Source of the DNA: an uncultured archaeon
GTDB lineage: Archaea; Asgardarchaeota; Thorarchaeia; Thorarchaeales; Thorarchaeaceae
Length of the DNA: 45,072 bases
Assembly (NCBI GenBank): GCA_964610875.1
Contig: CAZSWP010000020.1
Location: 18,602 to 63,673 of the forward strand
Direction of reading: 5' to 3'
Positions 27,444 to 36,744 of the stretch are shown piece after piece. The notes under the pieces were generated by a model. The model had not been told where the DNA came from and did not search any database. It saw only the letters and a list, made by a program, of their open reading frames with translations. Each line of letters opens with the position of its first letter. Within the stretch, counting starts at the first letter, position 1. The position numbers and the translations under genes are program-made.

Positions 27444-28546
27444 TTCTCCTCGGTTTGAAATAAACTGTCTATGTTTGATAAAACACGCTCGAGCATCAAA
27501 GCCTGAGACTTCAACGTATTCCCATGTTTTCTGACATTGACCCAAATCTCAGTCAGCTCCTTAGCGCCTACTTTCACTGCACTTTCAGGCAATTGTGTGA
27601 CCCAGAAAATACCCTGTGGAAATTCTAGTATTCTGTCAACCAGTAGACGGATGTTGTCCTCATAGATGTCAATCACTTTCGCCATTGATTGAAGATTAGA
27701 TTTTGTAAGTTGAATGAATTTCTTAATCAAGGGATGGTTTCTAAGATCAGGGCGTAGTACCCAAGAGCTCTTTATCAAAGGAGGTCCTGAACGATCCAAC
27801 AAAGATTTTGGATAACCACTTGCTCCTATGATGATTTCAAAATGGGATTGCGATTCTTCATTCAATGCACTTGACATTTCAATAACTGATTCGATATATT
27901 CTGTTAGAGTATCTCCCTTCTCCTTTTTCCATTCCTTCTCAGAAATATCGTTGTGTCTTTTGGCAGTGATATCAATACCCATTGACTTCATCTTATCCAA
28001 GGCATGTTCACATTTCTCAACAGCTTCGTCTAATCGCTTTGGAGTCTGGAGTTCCTCAAGTTTTGAAATGTCAATATACTGCATGTCAATCCGCTCATGA
28101 ACTCTGCTTACCAACTCCCATTCTACAGTATCAAGGACTTCTTCGAAATTCCCGTTATCGCCGAATTTTTTGATATCGCTCCTTATCGAGCCAGACTCTT
28201 CAGGAGCAGTGAGCGTGAAGATTCGATTCATCATATTTGTAATCATAACACGATGCGCTTTCCCTCTACGTACAATGATATTTTGTTCCTCCAGATTTGA
28301 CAAAATATCAAACATATCAGAACCCCGAAGAAGGATTGGTTCCATAGAAATTTCGTTCTCGAAATAAGCTGGAAGGTTCTCACCTTTTATATAATCCTCA
28401 GTGAGTTTTCCTGTCAAAAGTACATAGAGACACAGCTCGCTAAGTTTCTTCACCGCTTCAACTGCAGCAGCGCTAGAATAACCGCCTTCAAGTAAAATCT
28501 TACGCGCGGAGTCTGGAGTGGATATGAAATCTTCTGCATAACTCAT
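27440..28546 (-). CDS. Soluble helical hypothetical protein
   Basis: Long ORF, start likely MSYAEDF (28546). No motif recognised. Confidence 0.7.
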   Translation of the reverse strand: MSYAEDFISTPDSARKILLEGGYSSAAAVEAVKKLSELCLYVLLTGKLTEDYIKGENLPAYFENEISMEPILLRGSDMFDILSNLEEQNIIVRRGKAHRVMITNMMNRIFTLTAPEESGSIRSDIKKFGDNGNFEEVLDTVEWELVSRVHERIDMQYIDISKLEELQTPKRLDEAVEKCEHALDKMKSMGIDITAKRHNDISEKEWKKEKGDTLTEYIESVIEMSSALNEESQSHFEIIIGASGYPKSLLDRSGPPLIKSSWVLRPDLRNHPLIKKFIQLTKSNLQSMAKVIDIYEDNIRLLVDRILEFPQGIFWVTQLPESAVKVGAKELTEIWVNVRKHGNTLKSQALMLERVLSNIDSLFQTEEN

Positions 28547-28633
28547 GAGTTTACATCCTTGCAGGTTCAAATGTAATATGTAGAAAAACATGAAAATCGA
28601 CTATATAGCAGTAGTTTGTATTACTATCATAAG

Positions 28634-29830
28634 TCAAGGTAGGTACTGTGCGGCAAAACTGGCAATTGGAGTAAGAGGAGAGAGAACTACGGGAAGACGA
28701 CACCTAACAACTGATTCTAAACCATGAGTTCCTGTGATGCTCATTGCGATGGATGTTAGAGTATCTGAACTCATGACAATATCTGCTACTCGAAGAATCA
28801 TGAGTGCTGTATATAGTTCTGTACCAATCTCAGTCTTCCATTGTTCTTCATACTTTGATAGAGGAACGTCATATTCAATGTGGTCAGAAACACACTGCCC
28901 GGCAATCTCTCCAGCAACTAAAGCAGTGGGGATGCCACCACCGTTTGAGGCCATAACATGTCCAGCTGCATCACCAGCAAGGATTGCATTTGAAGTGTAT
29001 GTTCTGTCTAAAGGGCCTCCCACAGGGATGAGCGCAGAAACTCTGGATTCAATCTTCATATTAGCAACGTGAGGTTTGACTTGTGGATGGTTAAGAAGCA
29101 TAGCAAGATGATTGCGTAGTGATACCCCCTCAAGAGAATGCGATCTTCTCAAACCCAATCCAATATTTACCATTCCATTACCTTTTGGAATCACCCAAGC
29201 ATACCCGCCAGGTGCTGCTTGACTACCAAAGAACATGAGAACTTCATCATTACTAAAACTCGTATCACTCAGAATGTATTGCATTGCAAAGCTCATGTCA
29301 CGTGTCCGATTCCTATAAGAAAGACCAAGACTCTTGGCTACTATTGAACTGGGACCATCAGCACCAATAATTGCCTTTGCTGTTATTCGGTGTTGTTTCG
29401 CAATATTATTTACTACCAACGAGTGAGGTCCTGAGAAGCCGAGAAATCTAGTTTTTGTACGCAATTCTGCCCCAGCTTGAATTGCTTTTTCCGTAAGCGA
29501 TTTGTCAAATGATTCCCGGTCTATTACATTCATAGCAAAAGGGAAACTGTATCTTTTTCCATTTGGAGCTATAGTAGAAATCACGTTGCTGCGATTTGTA
29601 ATGAAAGCTGATTCTACACGCACAAGCCGTGGTGCACGTTTAGAAGAAGGAAATAATCTAATTATCTCACGAGGAGTAGGTAGCAGCTCACCACATTGTA
29701 TAGGAAGACCAATCTCCTGTCGACGGTCTATCAGAAGAGTACGATATCCATTGGTTGCCAGAACAAACGCTGCAGTACTTCCCGCAGGTCCTGCACCAAT
29801 AACAGCAACATCATAATCGTATTCAACCAT
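28634..29830 (-). CDS. Geranylgeranyl reductase-family FAD oxidoreductase
   Basis: VIGAGPAGS, QCGE, DRESFD, IGADG, GGYAWVIP, AGDAAG, NGGGI. Confidence 0.9.
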   Translation of the reverse strand: MVEYDYDVAVIGAGPAGSTAAFVLATNGYRTLLIDRRQEIGLPIQCGELLPTPREIIRLFPSSKRAPRLVRVESAFITNRSNVISTIAPNGKRYSFPFAMNVIDRESFDKSLTEKAIQAGAELRTKTRFLGFSGPHSLVVNNIAKQHRITAKAIIGADGPSSIVAKSLGLSYRNRTRDMSFAMQYILSDTSFSNDEVLMFFGSQAAPGGYAWVIPKGNGMVNIGLGLRRSHSLEGVSLRNHLAMLLNHPQVKPHVANMKIESRVSALIPVGGPLDRTYTSNAILAGDAAGHVMASNGGGIPTALVAGEIAGQCVSDHIEYDVPLSKYEEQWKTEIGTELYTALMILRVADIVMSSDTLTSIAMSITGTHGLESVVRCRLPVVLSPLTPIASFAAQYLP

Positions 29831-29969
29831 ATTCAGACCTTCAACTCGTTCTGTTGAATTTTCGGTTTATCAGGGATAAGAGTGTATCCACAGATAGTGT
29901 CTTGTGAATGATATGAGGCGATGCCATTATTAGTGAGCCTGACGAAAATCCGACGAGTAGGGAAGTGCA

Positions 29970-32573
29970 TTGAAGAAACAAACGCCTATGCAAAGACAGT
30001 ATCTGGAGCTAAAACGCCAGCACCCCGATAGTATCTTGATGTTTAGGTTAGGCGACTTCTATGAGATGTTTAATGAAGATGCGAAGGTTGCTAGTGAGAT
30101 TCTTGATATTGTGCTCACATCTCGTGGCGAAGGTGTAGATCGATGGCCCATGTGTGGAGTCCCACATCATTCTGTTGAAGGATACATAGCAAAGCTGCTT
30201 AATTCTGGACACACAGTGGCATTGGCAGACCAAGTAGAAGATGCATCAGAAGCTAAAGGGCTTGTGAAGAGAGAAGTTGTTCGAGTAATAACTCCAGGAA
30301 CTATTCTGGAGTCCAACATGCTTGAAGAAGCATCGAACAATTATCTTATAGCTTTCATTCTCTACAATGACATAGTTGGAATCGCAGCCGCGGATGTTTC
30401 AACCGGTGAATTTCTTGCCACAGAAATTAAAGGGGCACTTTTAGATGACAAGTTCATCAATGAAATATTCAGACTGAATCCCTCAGAAATTCTCATCCCA
30501 AATGAATACAGCAAGAATCAGAGATTATTAGAGAAACTCGTAGAAACTGGAGCAAGGTTAACTTATCGCGTTGACTCGGATTTCTCAGCTAAGACAGCAG
30601 AAGATAGAATCCATGAACACTTCGGTGTCGCCACAATTGAAGGATTTGGCTTGAAAGACAAGAGAATTGCACTGGGAGCTGTGGGTGCAGTAATGGCATA
30701 TCTGACTGAAGTCTATAGAGGTAGCCCGTTAACGGTCAATGCAATCCGAACATATTCCATTGAGAGCCATATGATTGTTGATAGCACAACTCAACGTAAT
30801 CTGGAATTAATTCGCAATGCAAGAGAAAATACGACAAGGGGAACGCTTCTTGAGGTACTCTCTTCTACAGTGACGCCAATGGGTAGGAGAAAGCTCAAAC
30901 AATGGATACTCCAGCCGCTACAAGATATCCCAGAGATTGAGAAACGTTTGAATGCTGTTGATGAACTTGCACGGAACGCTATGAGCAGAAAGGAACTCAC
31001 AAAGAGTTTGAGAAATCTTGGAGATTTAGAACGTATTGTGAGTAGAGTAGTATTTGGTACAGGCGGTGCAAGAGACCTTCTAGCACTAAGAATTGCACTC
31101 GGCAGAATTCCCAATATAGAGAAAGCACTTGGTCAGTTTAAAGCGGAAATGTTGATTCAGTATGCAGACTTTATTGACCCATGTGAAGAACTATACAAAA
31201 CCCTAGAGAAAGCAATCGTCGACGATCCACCAGTTTCAGCACGAGATGGAGGTATCATCAAAGAAGGATATTCCAAAGAGCTTGATTCACTGAAGAGTTC
31301 CATATCTTCTGACAAGAAATGGATTGCATCACTACAGAATAAGGAACGCCGAAGAACAGGCATTAAGTCGTTAAAGGTAGGCTACAATAAAGTCTTCGGA
31401 TATTATATTGAAGTTACTAAATCAAATCTCAGCAGTGTCCCATCCGAATATGAGAGAAAACAGACACTGACCAGTGCAGAGCGATACATCACACCTGAAC
31501 TAAAAGAGAAAGAAGCCACTGTACTTGCTGGCGAAGAGAAGATCAATAATCTGGAATACCAACTCTTTGAAGAACTCCGTACCAAGGTCAAGGAATCTTT
31601 AGAAAGTCTAAGACTGAACTCTGTAGCTATTGCTACCACTGATGTTTTGAATTCACTTGCGGAAACCGCCATTACTCGCAGGTATACCCGTCCAAAATTA
31701 ACCGATGGAACCAGGATAAAGATCACTGATGGAAGACATCCATCTCTAGAGGTGATGCTGGGTCCAAATGAATTCGTCCCCAACAGTGTGGATATAGGTG
31801 ATGGTGGAACTACACTCATGATTGTGACTGGTCCAAACATGGCGGGGAAAAGTACGTACATGCGTCAGATTGCCCTCATCGTACTACTCTCCCAAATGGG
31901 TTCGTTCGTGCCTGCAAAGAATGCGGAGATTGGGATTGTTGATAGGATTTTCACACGTGTAGGTGCATTCGATGACCTCACCGCAAGACAGAGTACTTTC
32001 ATGGTTGAGATGATTGAAACTGCAAACATCTTGAACAATGCTACAGAGAAGAGTCTTGTAGTTCTTGATGAAATTGGTCGAGGAACTTCAACCTTCGATG
32101 GAATGGCCTTAGCTTGGGCAGTAGCTGAGAGAATTGTCCAGATGAAGACCCGTACATTATTCGCTACTCATTTCCATCAGCTCACTGATATGGCATCATC
32201 CTATCTTGGTGTGAAGAATGTACATACGCTAGCAAGAGAAACGGGAGATTCAATCGTGTTCCTCCATAAGGTTGTAGATGGAGGAACGGACAGAAGCTAT
32301 GGGGTGCATGTAGCGGCTCTGGCAGGGGTGCCTGAACCAGTTGTGGACCGAGCTAAGAAACTCCTCAGTCAACTTGAGAAGGAGAATCTAACAGTCATTG
32401 AAAGCTATGATAGTGAAACGAAAGAGACAGCTCAGACAAGTCTGGAGTCATTAATGGTCGATGACCCCATTGTTGAACTCATCAAACATATGGATCTTGA
32501 TAGAACTACACCAATAGAGGCTCTCACCAAACTGAAGGAATTACAGGATGAAGCAAAAAGGAGAGAAGAATAA
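29970..32573 (+). CDS. mutS: DNA mismatch repair protein MutS (MutS1)
   Basis: TPMQRQY, FRLGDFYEMF, GPNMAGKST, STFMVEM, LDEIGRGTST, FATHF, SYGVHVA. Confidence 0.97.
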   Translation: MKKQTPMQRQYLELKRQHPDSILMFRLGDFYEMFNEDAKVASEILDIVLTSRGEGVDRWPMCGVPHHSVEGYIAKLLNSGHTVALADQVEDASEAKGLVKREVVRVITPGTILESNMLEEASNNYLIAFILYNDIVGIAAADVSTGEFLATEIKGALLDDKFINEIFRLNPSEILIPNEYSKNQRLLEKLVETGARLTYRVDSDFSAKTAEDRIHEHFGVATIEGFGLKDKRIALGAVGAVMAYLTEVYRGSPLTVNAIRTYSIESHMIVDSTTQRNLELIRNARENTTRGTLLEVLSSTVTPMGRRKLKQWILQPLQDIPEIEKRLNAVDELARNAMSRKELTKSLRNLGDLERIVSRVVFGTGGARDLLALRIALGRIPNIEKALGQFKAEMLIQYADFIDPCEELYKTLEKAIVDDPPVSARDGGIIKEGYSKELDSLKSSISSDKKWIASLQNKERRRTGIKSLKVGYNKVFGYYIEVTKSNLSSVPSEYERKQTLTSAERYITPELKEKEATVLAGEEKINNLEYQLFEELRTKVKESLESLRLNSVAIATTDVLNSLAETAITRRYTRPKLTDGTRIKITDGRHPSLEVMLGPNEFVPNSVDIGDGGTTLMIVTGPNMAGKSTYMRQIALIVLLSQMGSFVPAKNAEIGIVDRIFTRVGAFDDLTARQSTFMVEMIETANILNNATEKSLVVLDEIGRGTSTFDGMALAWAVAERIVQMKTRTLFATHFHQLTDMASSYLGVKNVHTLARETGDSIVFLHKVVDGGTDRSYGVHVAALAGVPEPVVDRAKKLLSQLEKENLTVIESYDSETKETAQTSLESLMVDDPIVELIKHMDLDRTTPIEALTKLKELQDEAKRREE

Positions 32574-32648
32574 TGTCACATTCTTCTCTCATATCGCAAT
32601 CAATGGAATACACTGATGTAAGTGTATTTCAAGGAATGGTATTATTGA

Positions 32649-33191
32649 TTAGAGTCGCTCAGTCTTCACAGACATTATTGCACCGCAATGTGTACATCGG
32701 ACTGAATCAGGTCCAACCCACTCCACTTCTTTAGGATCTACTGGTGCACCACACTTGAAGCAATTCTCAGGCACCTTTCTGGTCACCATTACTTCTCGTT
32801 CGATTGTTCTTACTCCACCGGTACTAGACTCAGATCTATAGAACACGCCACTTCTTATTGTACCATTAATTTTACCCGACGCAATGGCACCATAAAGAGC
32901 ATCTGAAGCCTTTGGTGTATTAACACCAGCGAGTTCAGCAAGCTCCTGAACTGAGATTTGTTCGTGACCTCTTGCTATACCTACCACCCTACCTGTAGTT
33001 GACAATTGTGTTCGTCGTTTTGAAGCCATATACGCGAATATCCCAGCAATTGCGAAAATGATGATAGCGACTATCCACATCTGACCTTCGCTCATGATCA
33101 TTGTGGTGATTCCACCAGCTAGCATGATAAATGCAAGCAGTGTAAACATACAGAATGTACAATCTTGACAATCCTCTGATGACAATCTCAA
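32649..33191 (-). CDS. Two-TM membrane protein with winged-helix/PCI-like domain and C-terminal Zn ribbon
   Basis: Two N-terminal TM helices, ISVQELAELAGVNTPKASDALYGAIASGKINGTI, CFKC...CTHC. Confidence 0.75.
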   Translation of the reverse strand: MRLSSEDCQDCTFCMFTLLAFIMLAGGITTMIMSEGQMWIVAIIIFAIAGIFAYMASKRRTQLSTTGRVVGIARGHEQISVQELAELAGVNTPKASDALYGAIASGKINGTIRSGVFYRSESSTGGVRTIEREVMVTRKVPENCFKCGAPVDPKEVEWVGPDSVRCTHCGAIMSVKTERL

Positions 33192-33310
33192 TTCCTCCTC
33201 ATTTTGTGTATAATTACCAAAAAGTGCAGTACGCAGAACCCCTCATGAATCACTCGTTTCTATGTAGAAGGATATTTCACCTTAGAATCCACTCAAACTA
33301 CTCAATCATT

Positions 33311-33508
33311 TTAGTATACCCATTCTCCATCATTCTTCACTCCTTGTAGAATTCCTTTGTTACATCTTCGTCGCAGATTTGACTCTATAGAACTATCATG
33401 GCCTTCAGCCCTCGATTCTTTGGATACAAGTTCATTCATGATGTCTTCTAGAGTTCTTTTGTTAGGTAGCTTGAAGTAACCCTTTTGATAGGTGCGTTGA
33501 GTTCCCTT
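33311..33508 (-). pseudogene. Possible remnant of a winged-helix domain
   Basis: Open minus frame bounded by TAA at 33509-33511, reading YQKGYFKLPNKRTLEDIMNELVSKESRAEGHDSSIESNLRRRCNKGILQGVKNDGEWVY*. It is wHTH-like, but there is no start codon before the protein-like part. Confidence 0.35.
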
Positions 33509-33685
33509 TTAGTGCGACCACTGATTTGAGAACTTCTCTTATCCATAAGGAGAAGCATGTCAATAGATATGATGAATTCTCACTTTTACTGAGCTCATTG
33601 TCCAATCGCTTTTGTCTAATATTCTAAGTGAAGCTATATATGGTAGATACTTGATGAGTTCATGTAATTCATGGAGGATGTTTTC

Positions 33686-34351
33686 ATGGACCCTATTATT
33701 GCACCATCAATTCTCTCAGCAAATTTTGCTAGACTTGAAGATGATATCAAAGCTGCTGAGAAAGGGGGAGCAGACTACTTTCACATCGATGTGATGGATG
33801 GTCACTTTGTTCCAAACATTTCATACGGCCCAATTATGGCTGAAACAATGAAGCGGATCACTGATGTTCCACTTGATGCACATCTCATGATTACGAATCC
33901 GGACAAATACATACCTGCGTTTGTCGATGCTGGAGTAGAACTCATTTACCCACACATTGAGGCTTCTTATGATGTCTATCGCACAGTTCAGCTAATTACA
34001 GACCTTGGTGCCGAAGCAGGAATAACGCTTAATCCGGGTACGCCAGTGGATTGGGTCATTCCATTGTTGGATCGGCTTGATGCTATTCTTTTGATGAGTG
34101 TATGCCCAGGATTTGGGGGACAAGAATTCATTCCAAATACAATGAATAAGATCAAAGACCTTCGTCAGATTCTTGACGACCATAAACCAAAGTGCAGAAT
34201 TGCCGTAGATGGAGGAGTCACCCTTGACAATATTCAATATCTTATGAAGGCCGGTGCAGATTTCTTCGTTGCAGGTTCGGCCATATTCAAAGCGGACGAT
34301 ATAGAAGCTGAAGTCAAAGCTTTCAAGAAAAAGATGGGTACTCTTGATTAG
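33686..34351 (+). CDS. rpe: Ribulose-5-phosphate 3-epimerase
   Basis: IAPSILSANF, HIDVMDGHFVPNIS, DAHLMI, MSVCPGFGGQ, VDGG. Start 33686 (GGAGG upstream) or 33671. Confidence 0.96.
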   Translation: MDPIIAPSILSANFARLEDDIKAAEKGGADYFHIDVMDGHFVPNISYGPIMAETMKRITDVPLDAHLMITNPDKYIPAFVDAGVELIYPHIEASYDVYRTVQLITDLGAEAGITLNPGTPVDWVIPLLDRLDAILLMSVCPGFGGQEFIPNTMNKIKDLRQILDDHKPKCRIAVDGGVTLDNIQYLMKAGADFFVAGSAIFKADDIEAEVKAFKKKMGTLD

Positions 34352-34429
34352 CGTAGTTCCACACAGACAGCAAGATTAATGACTCATTGAAAACGCCAAA
34401 TAGATAGAATTACGTTTGAGCTGAGTACA

Positions 34430-35083
34430 ATGAAGTTCTTTATAGACACCGCAAATGTTGACGCAATTAGAAGAGCATATGAGAGAGGAATGGTGGATGG
34501 AGTAACCACTAATCCCTCACTCGTATCTAAGGAAGGGAAAGATTTTCGAAAGATAGTAGATGAGATAGCCTCCTTTGTCAAAGGACCTATCAGTCTCGAA
34601 GTAGTAGCCGAAGATGCTGAAGGAATGATGAAAGAAGCACGAGATCTCAACAGTTGGATCGATAATGCTGCCATCAAAATACCGATGACATGGGAAGGTC
34701 TCAAAGCTGTAAAGATGTGCGCAGATGAAGGGATACAAACCAATGTCACACTGTGTTTCAGTGCCAATCAAGCCCTTCTTGCTGCAAAGGCGGGAGCATC
34801 TTTCGTATCTCCTTTCATTGGCAGACTTGATGACGTGGGACACACTGGAATGCAGCTAGTGTCTGAGATTGTAGAGATCTATGCCAACTATGGATTTACA
34901 ACTGAAGTAATTGTAGCGAGTATCAGACACCCTATACACGTCTTGGAAGCTGCAACACTAGGAGCAGACATCGCAACAATTCCACCATCAGTTCTGGACA
35001 AGATGGTTAATCATCCATTAACAGACATCGGAATAGAAAGATTCCTAGCTGATTGGGAGAAAGTAAAGAAATTGGATATTTGA
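34430..35083 (+). CDS. tal: Transaldolase (short FSA/TalC-type)
   Basis: FIDTAN, GVTTNPS, Schiff-base [20 protein letters not shown]. Glu in ISLEV and Phe in SPF are the transaldolase-type residues, not the FSA-type ones. Confidence 0.92.
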   Translation: MKFFIDTANVDAIRRAYERGMVDGVTTNPSLVSKEGKDFRKIVDEIASFVKGPISLEVVAEDAEGMMKEARDLNSWIDNAAIKIPMTWEGLKAVKMCADEGIQTNVTLCFSANQALLAAKAGASFVSPFIGRLDDVGHTGMQLVSEIVEIYANYGFTTEVIVASIRHPIHVLEAATLGADIATIPPSVLDKMVNHPLTDIGIERFLADWEKVKKLDI

Positions 35084-35149
35084 AGGAGAACGGATGCATT
35101 CCATCTCTCAAGGTTTAACACTTACCACATATAGCAAGAAAGATATTGT

Positions 35150-36733
35150 ATGGCATGTATCGAAAAGGTGGTTGATATGAGGATAGAGTCTGACCTTGTC
35201 ATTGTAAATGGAAATATTCACACAATGGATCCTACGAAACCTCATGCTACAGCTCTCGCTGTGAAGAGCTATAAGATCATAGCTGTTGGATCTGATGAAG
35301 ATGTGCTCGATTTAGTCCCTCATGCCAAAAAAGTAATTGACATGGGAGGGAAAACGATAATTCCGGGTTTTGTGGATGGACACACTCATCTGACTTCTAC
35401 TGGTGTGAGATATTTCCAAGTCCATTTGCATGATGTTTCTTCTCTGGAAGAAGCAATAACTGCTTTAAAAAGCGGTGCTGAGCAAAAGGAAGTGGGTGAA
35501 TGGGTAATTGGATGGGGATATGATGAAAGTAAGTGGAAAAACAGACGGTATTTGACTGCAAAGGATTTAGACACGGTCAGTAAGAAACATCCTGTTTGTG
35601 CCATCAGAGTCGATGGTCATCTCATGTCACTCAATACACTAGGTTTAGACAAAATAGGGATAGATTTGAATCAAGAAGGTGTGGACAAGGATAAGAAAGG
35701 AAACCCAACAGGAATCCTTAGAGACATAGATGATATGTATAAAGGCATTAGAGCTAGTCCAGAAGAGACCTATGAAGGTGCAATAATGGGGACCCGCATT
35801 GCAGCGAGTCTGGGAATCACAACCGCCATTGATAATATTGCACATGGTCAGCTACGACAGATAAGAGAAGCTGAACACAAGAATCTTCTCAATGCAAGGA
35901 TTGTTGTTAATATTCCAGACGACCTTCTCAGTAATCTAGTAAAAATTGGGATTACATCTGGAATGGGCACACCACTATCCAGAATTGGTGGTCTGAAGAT
36001 ATTCACAGATGGATCGATAGGTGCGAAAACCGCAGCAGTCAACGAACCGTATCTTTGTGAGAAGGACAACAAAGGTAGGCTACTCTACGAAAAGAAGAAA
36101 TTCCAAAGGGTCATCAAGAAGGCCATTGGAGCAGGAATTCAGACAGTGACACATGCTATCGGTGATAGAGCCATTGAGATGATACTAACCGCTTTTGAGG
36201 AACTCTCTGATGAAGAAAAGGCGATTGTGAGAACACAACGTCATAGAATTGAACATGCAGAAATGATATCAGAAGTACAAATTCGTAGGGCGGCTGCTCT
36301 TGGAATTATTCTCTCCATGCAACCAAACTTTGTGGGAGAATGGCAGCTCGAGGGAGGTATGTATGATGAGAGGTTTGGTCCGGAGCGAGTAAAGTATCTA
36401 AACAACTTCCGGGTTGTGCTTGACAATGGAGCCCGTCTCTGTTTTGGTTCTGATGGAATGCCACTTGGTCCACTCTATGGTATTTGGTGTGCAACCACTC
36501 ATCTAAATCCCAAAGTGCAGCTCACCGTAGAAGAAGCACTCAGATGTTACACTCTAGAGAGTGCATATGCATCTTTTCTGGAACATACTGTTGGTAGTAT
36601 CATGGAAGGTAAGCGAGCTGATTTTGTCGTTTTGTCAAAAGACATTCTAAGAACTCCTCCAAATATGATCAAAGATATTCAGATAGAGAGGACGTTTCTT
36701 GGTGGGGAAGCAGTATACGAGAGTCATGCATGA
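35150..36733 (+). CDS. Amidohydrolase family 3 (YtcJ-like) metallohydrolase
   Basis: PGFVDGHTH, KIFTDGSIG, HAIGDRA, RIEHAE, FGSD, GKRADFVVL. Start may be 35177 (MRIESDL). Confidence 0.9.
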   Translation: MACIEKVVDMRIESDLVIVNGNIHTMDPTKPHATALAVKSYKIIAVGSDEDVLDLVPHAKKVIDMGGKTIIPGFVDGHTHLTSTGVRYFQVHLHDVSSLEEAITALKSGAEQKEVGEWVIGWGYDESKWKNRRYLTAKDLDTVSKKHPVCAIRVDGHLMSLNTLGLDKIGIDLNQEGVDKDKKGNPTGILRDIDDMYKGIRASPEETYEGAIMGTRIAASLGITTAIDNIAHGQLRQIREAEHKNLLNARIVVNIPDDLLSNLVKIGITSGMGTPLSRIGGLKIFTDGSIGAKTAAVNEPYLCEKDNKGRLLYEKKKFQRVIKKAIGAGIQTVTHAIGDRAIEMILTAFEELSDEEKAIVRTQRHRIEHAEMISEVQIRRAAALGIILSMQPNFVGEWQLEGGMYDERFGPERVKYLNNFRVVLDNGARLCFGSDGMPLGPLYGIWCATTHLNPKVQLTVEEALRCYTLESAYASFLEHTVGSIMEGKRADFVVLSKDILRTPPNMIKDIQIERTFLGGEAVYESHA

Positions 36734-36744
36734 AGTGAAGAAAG

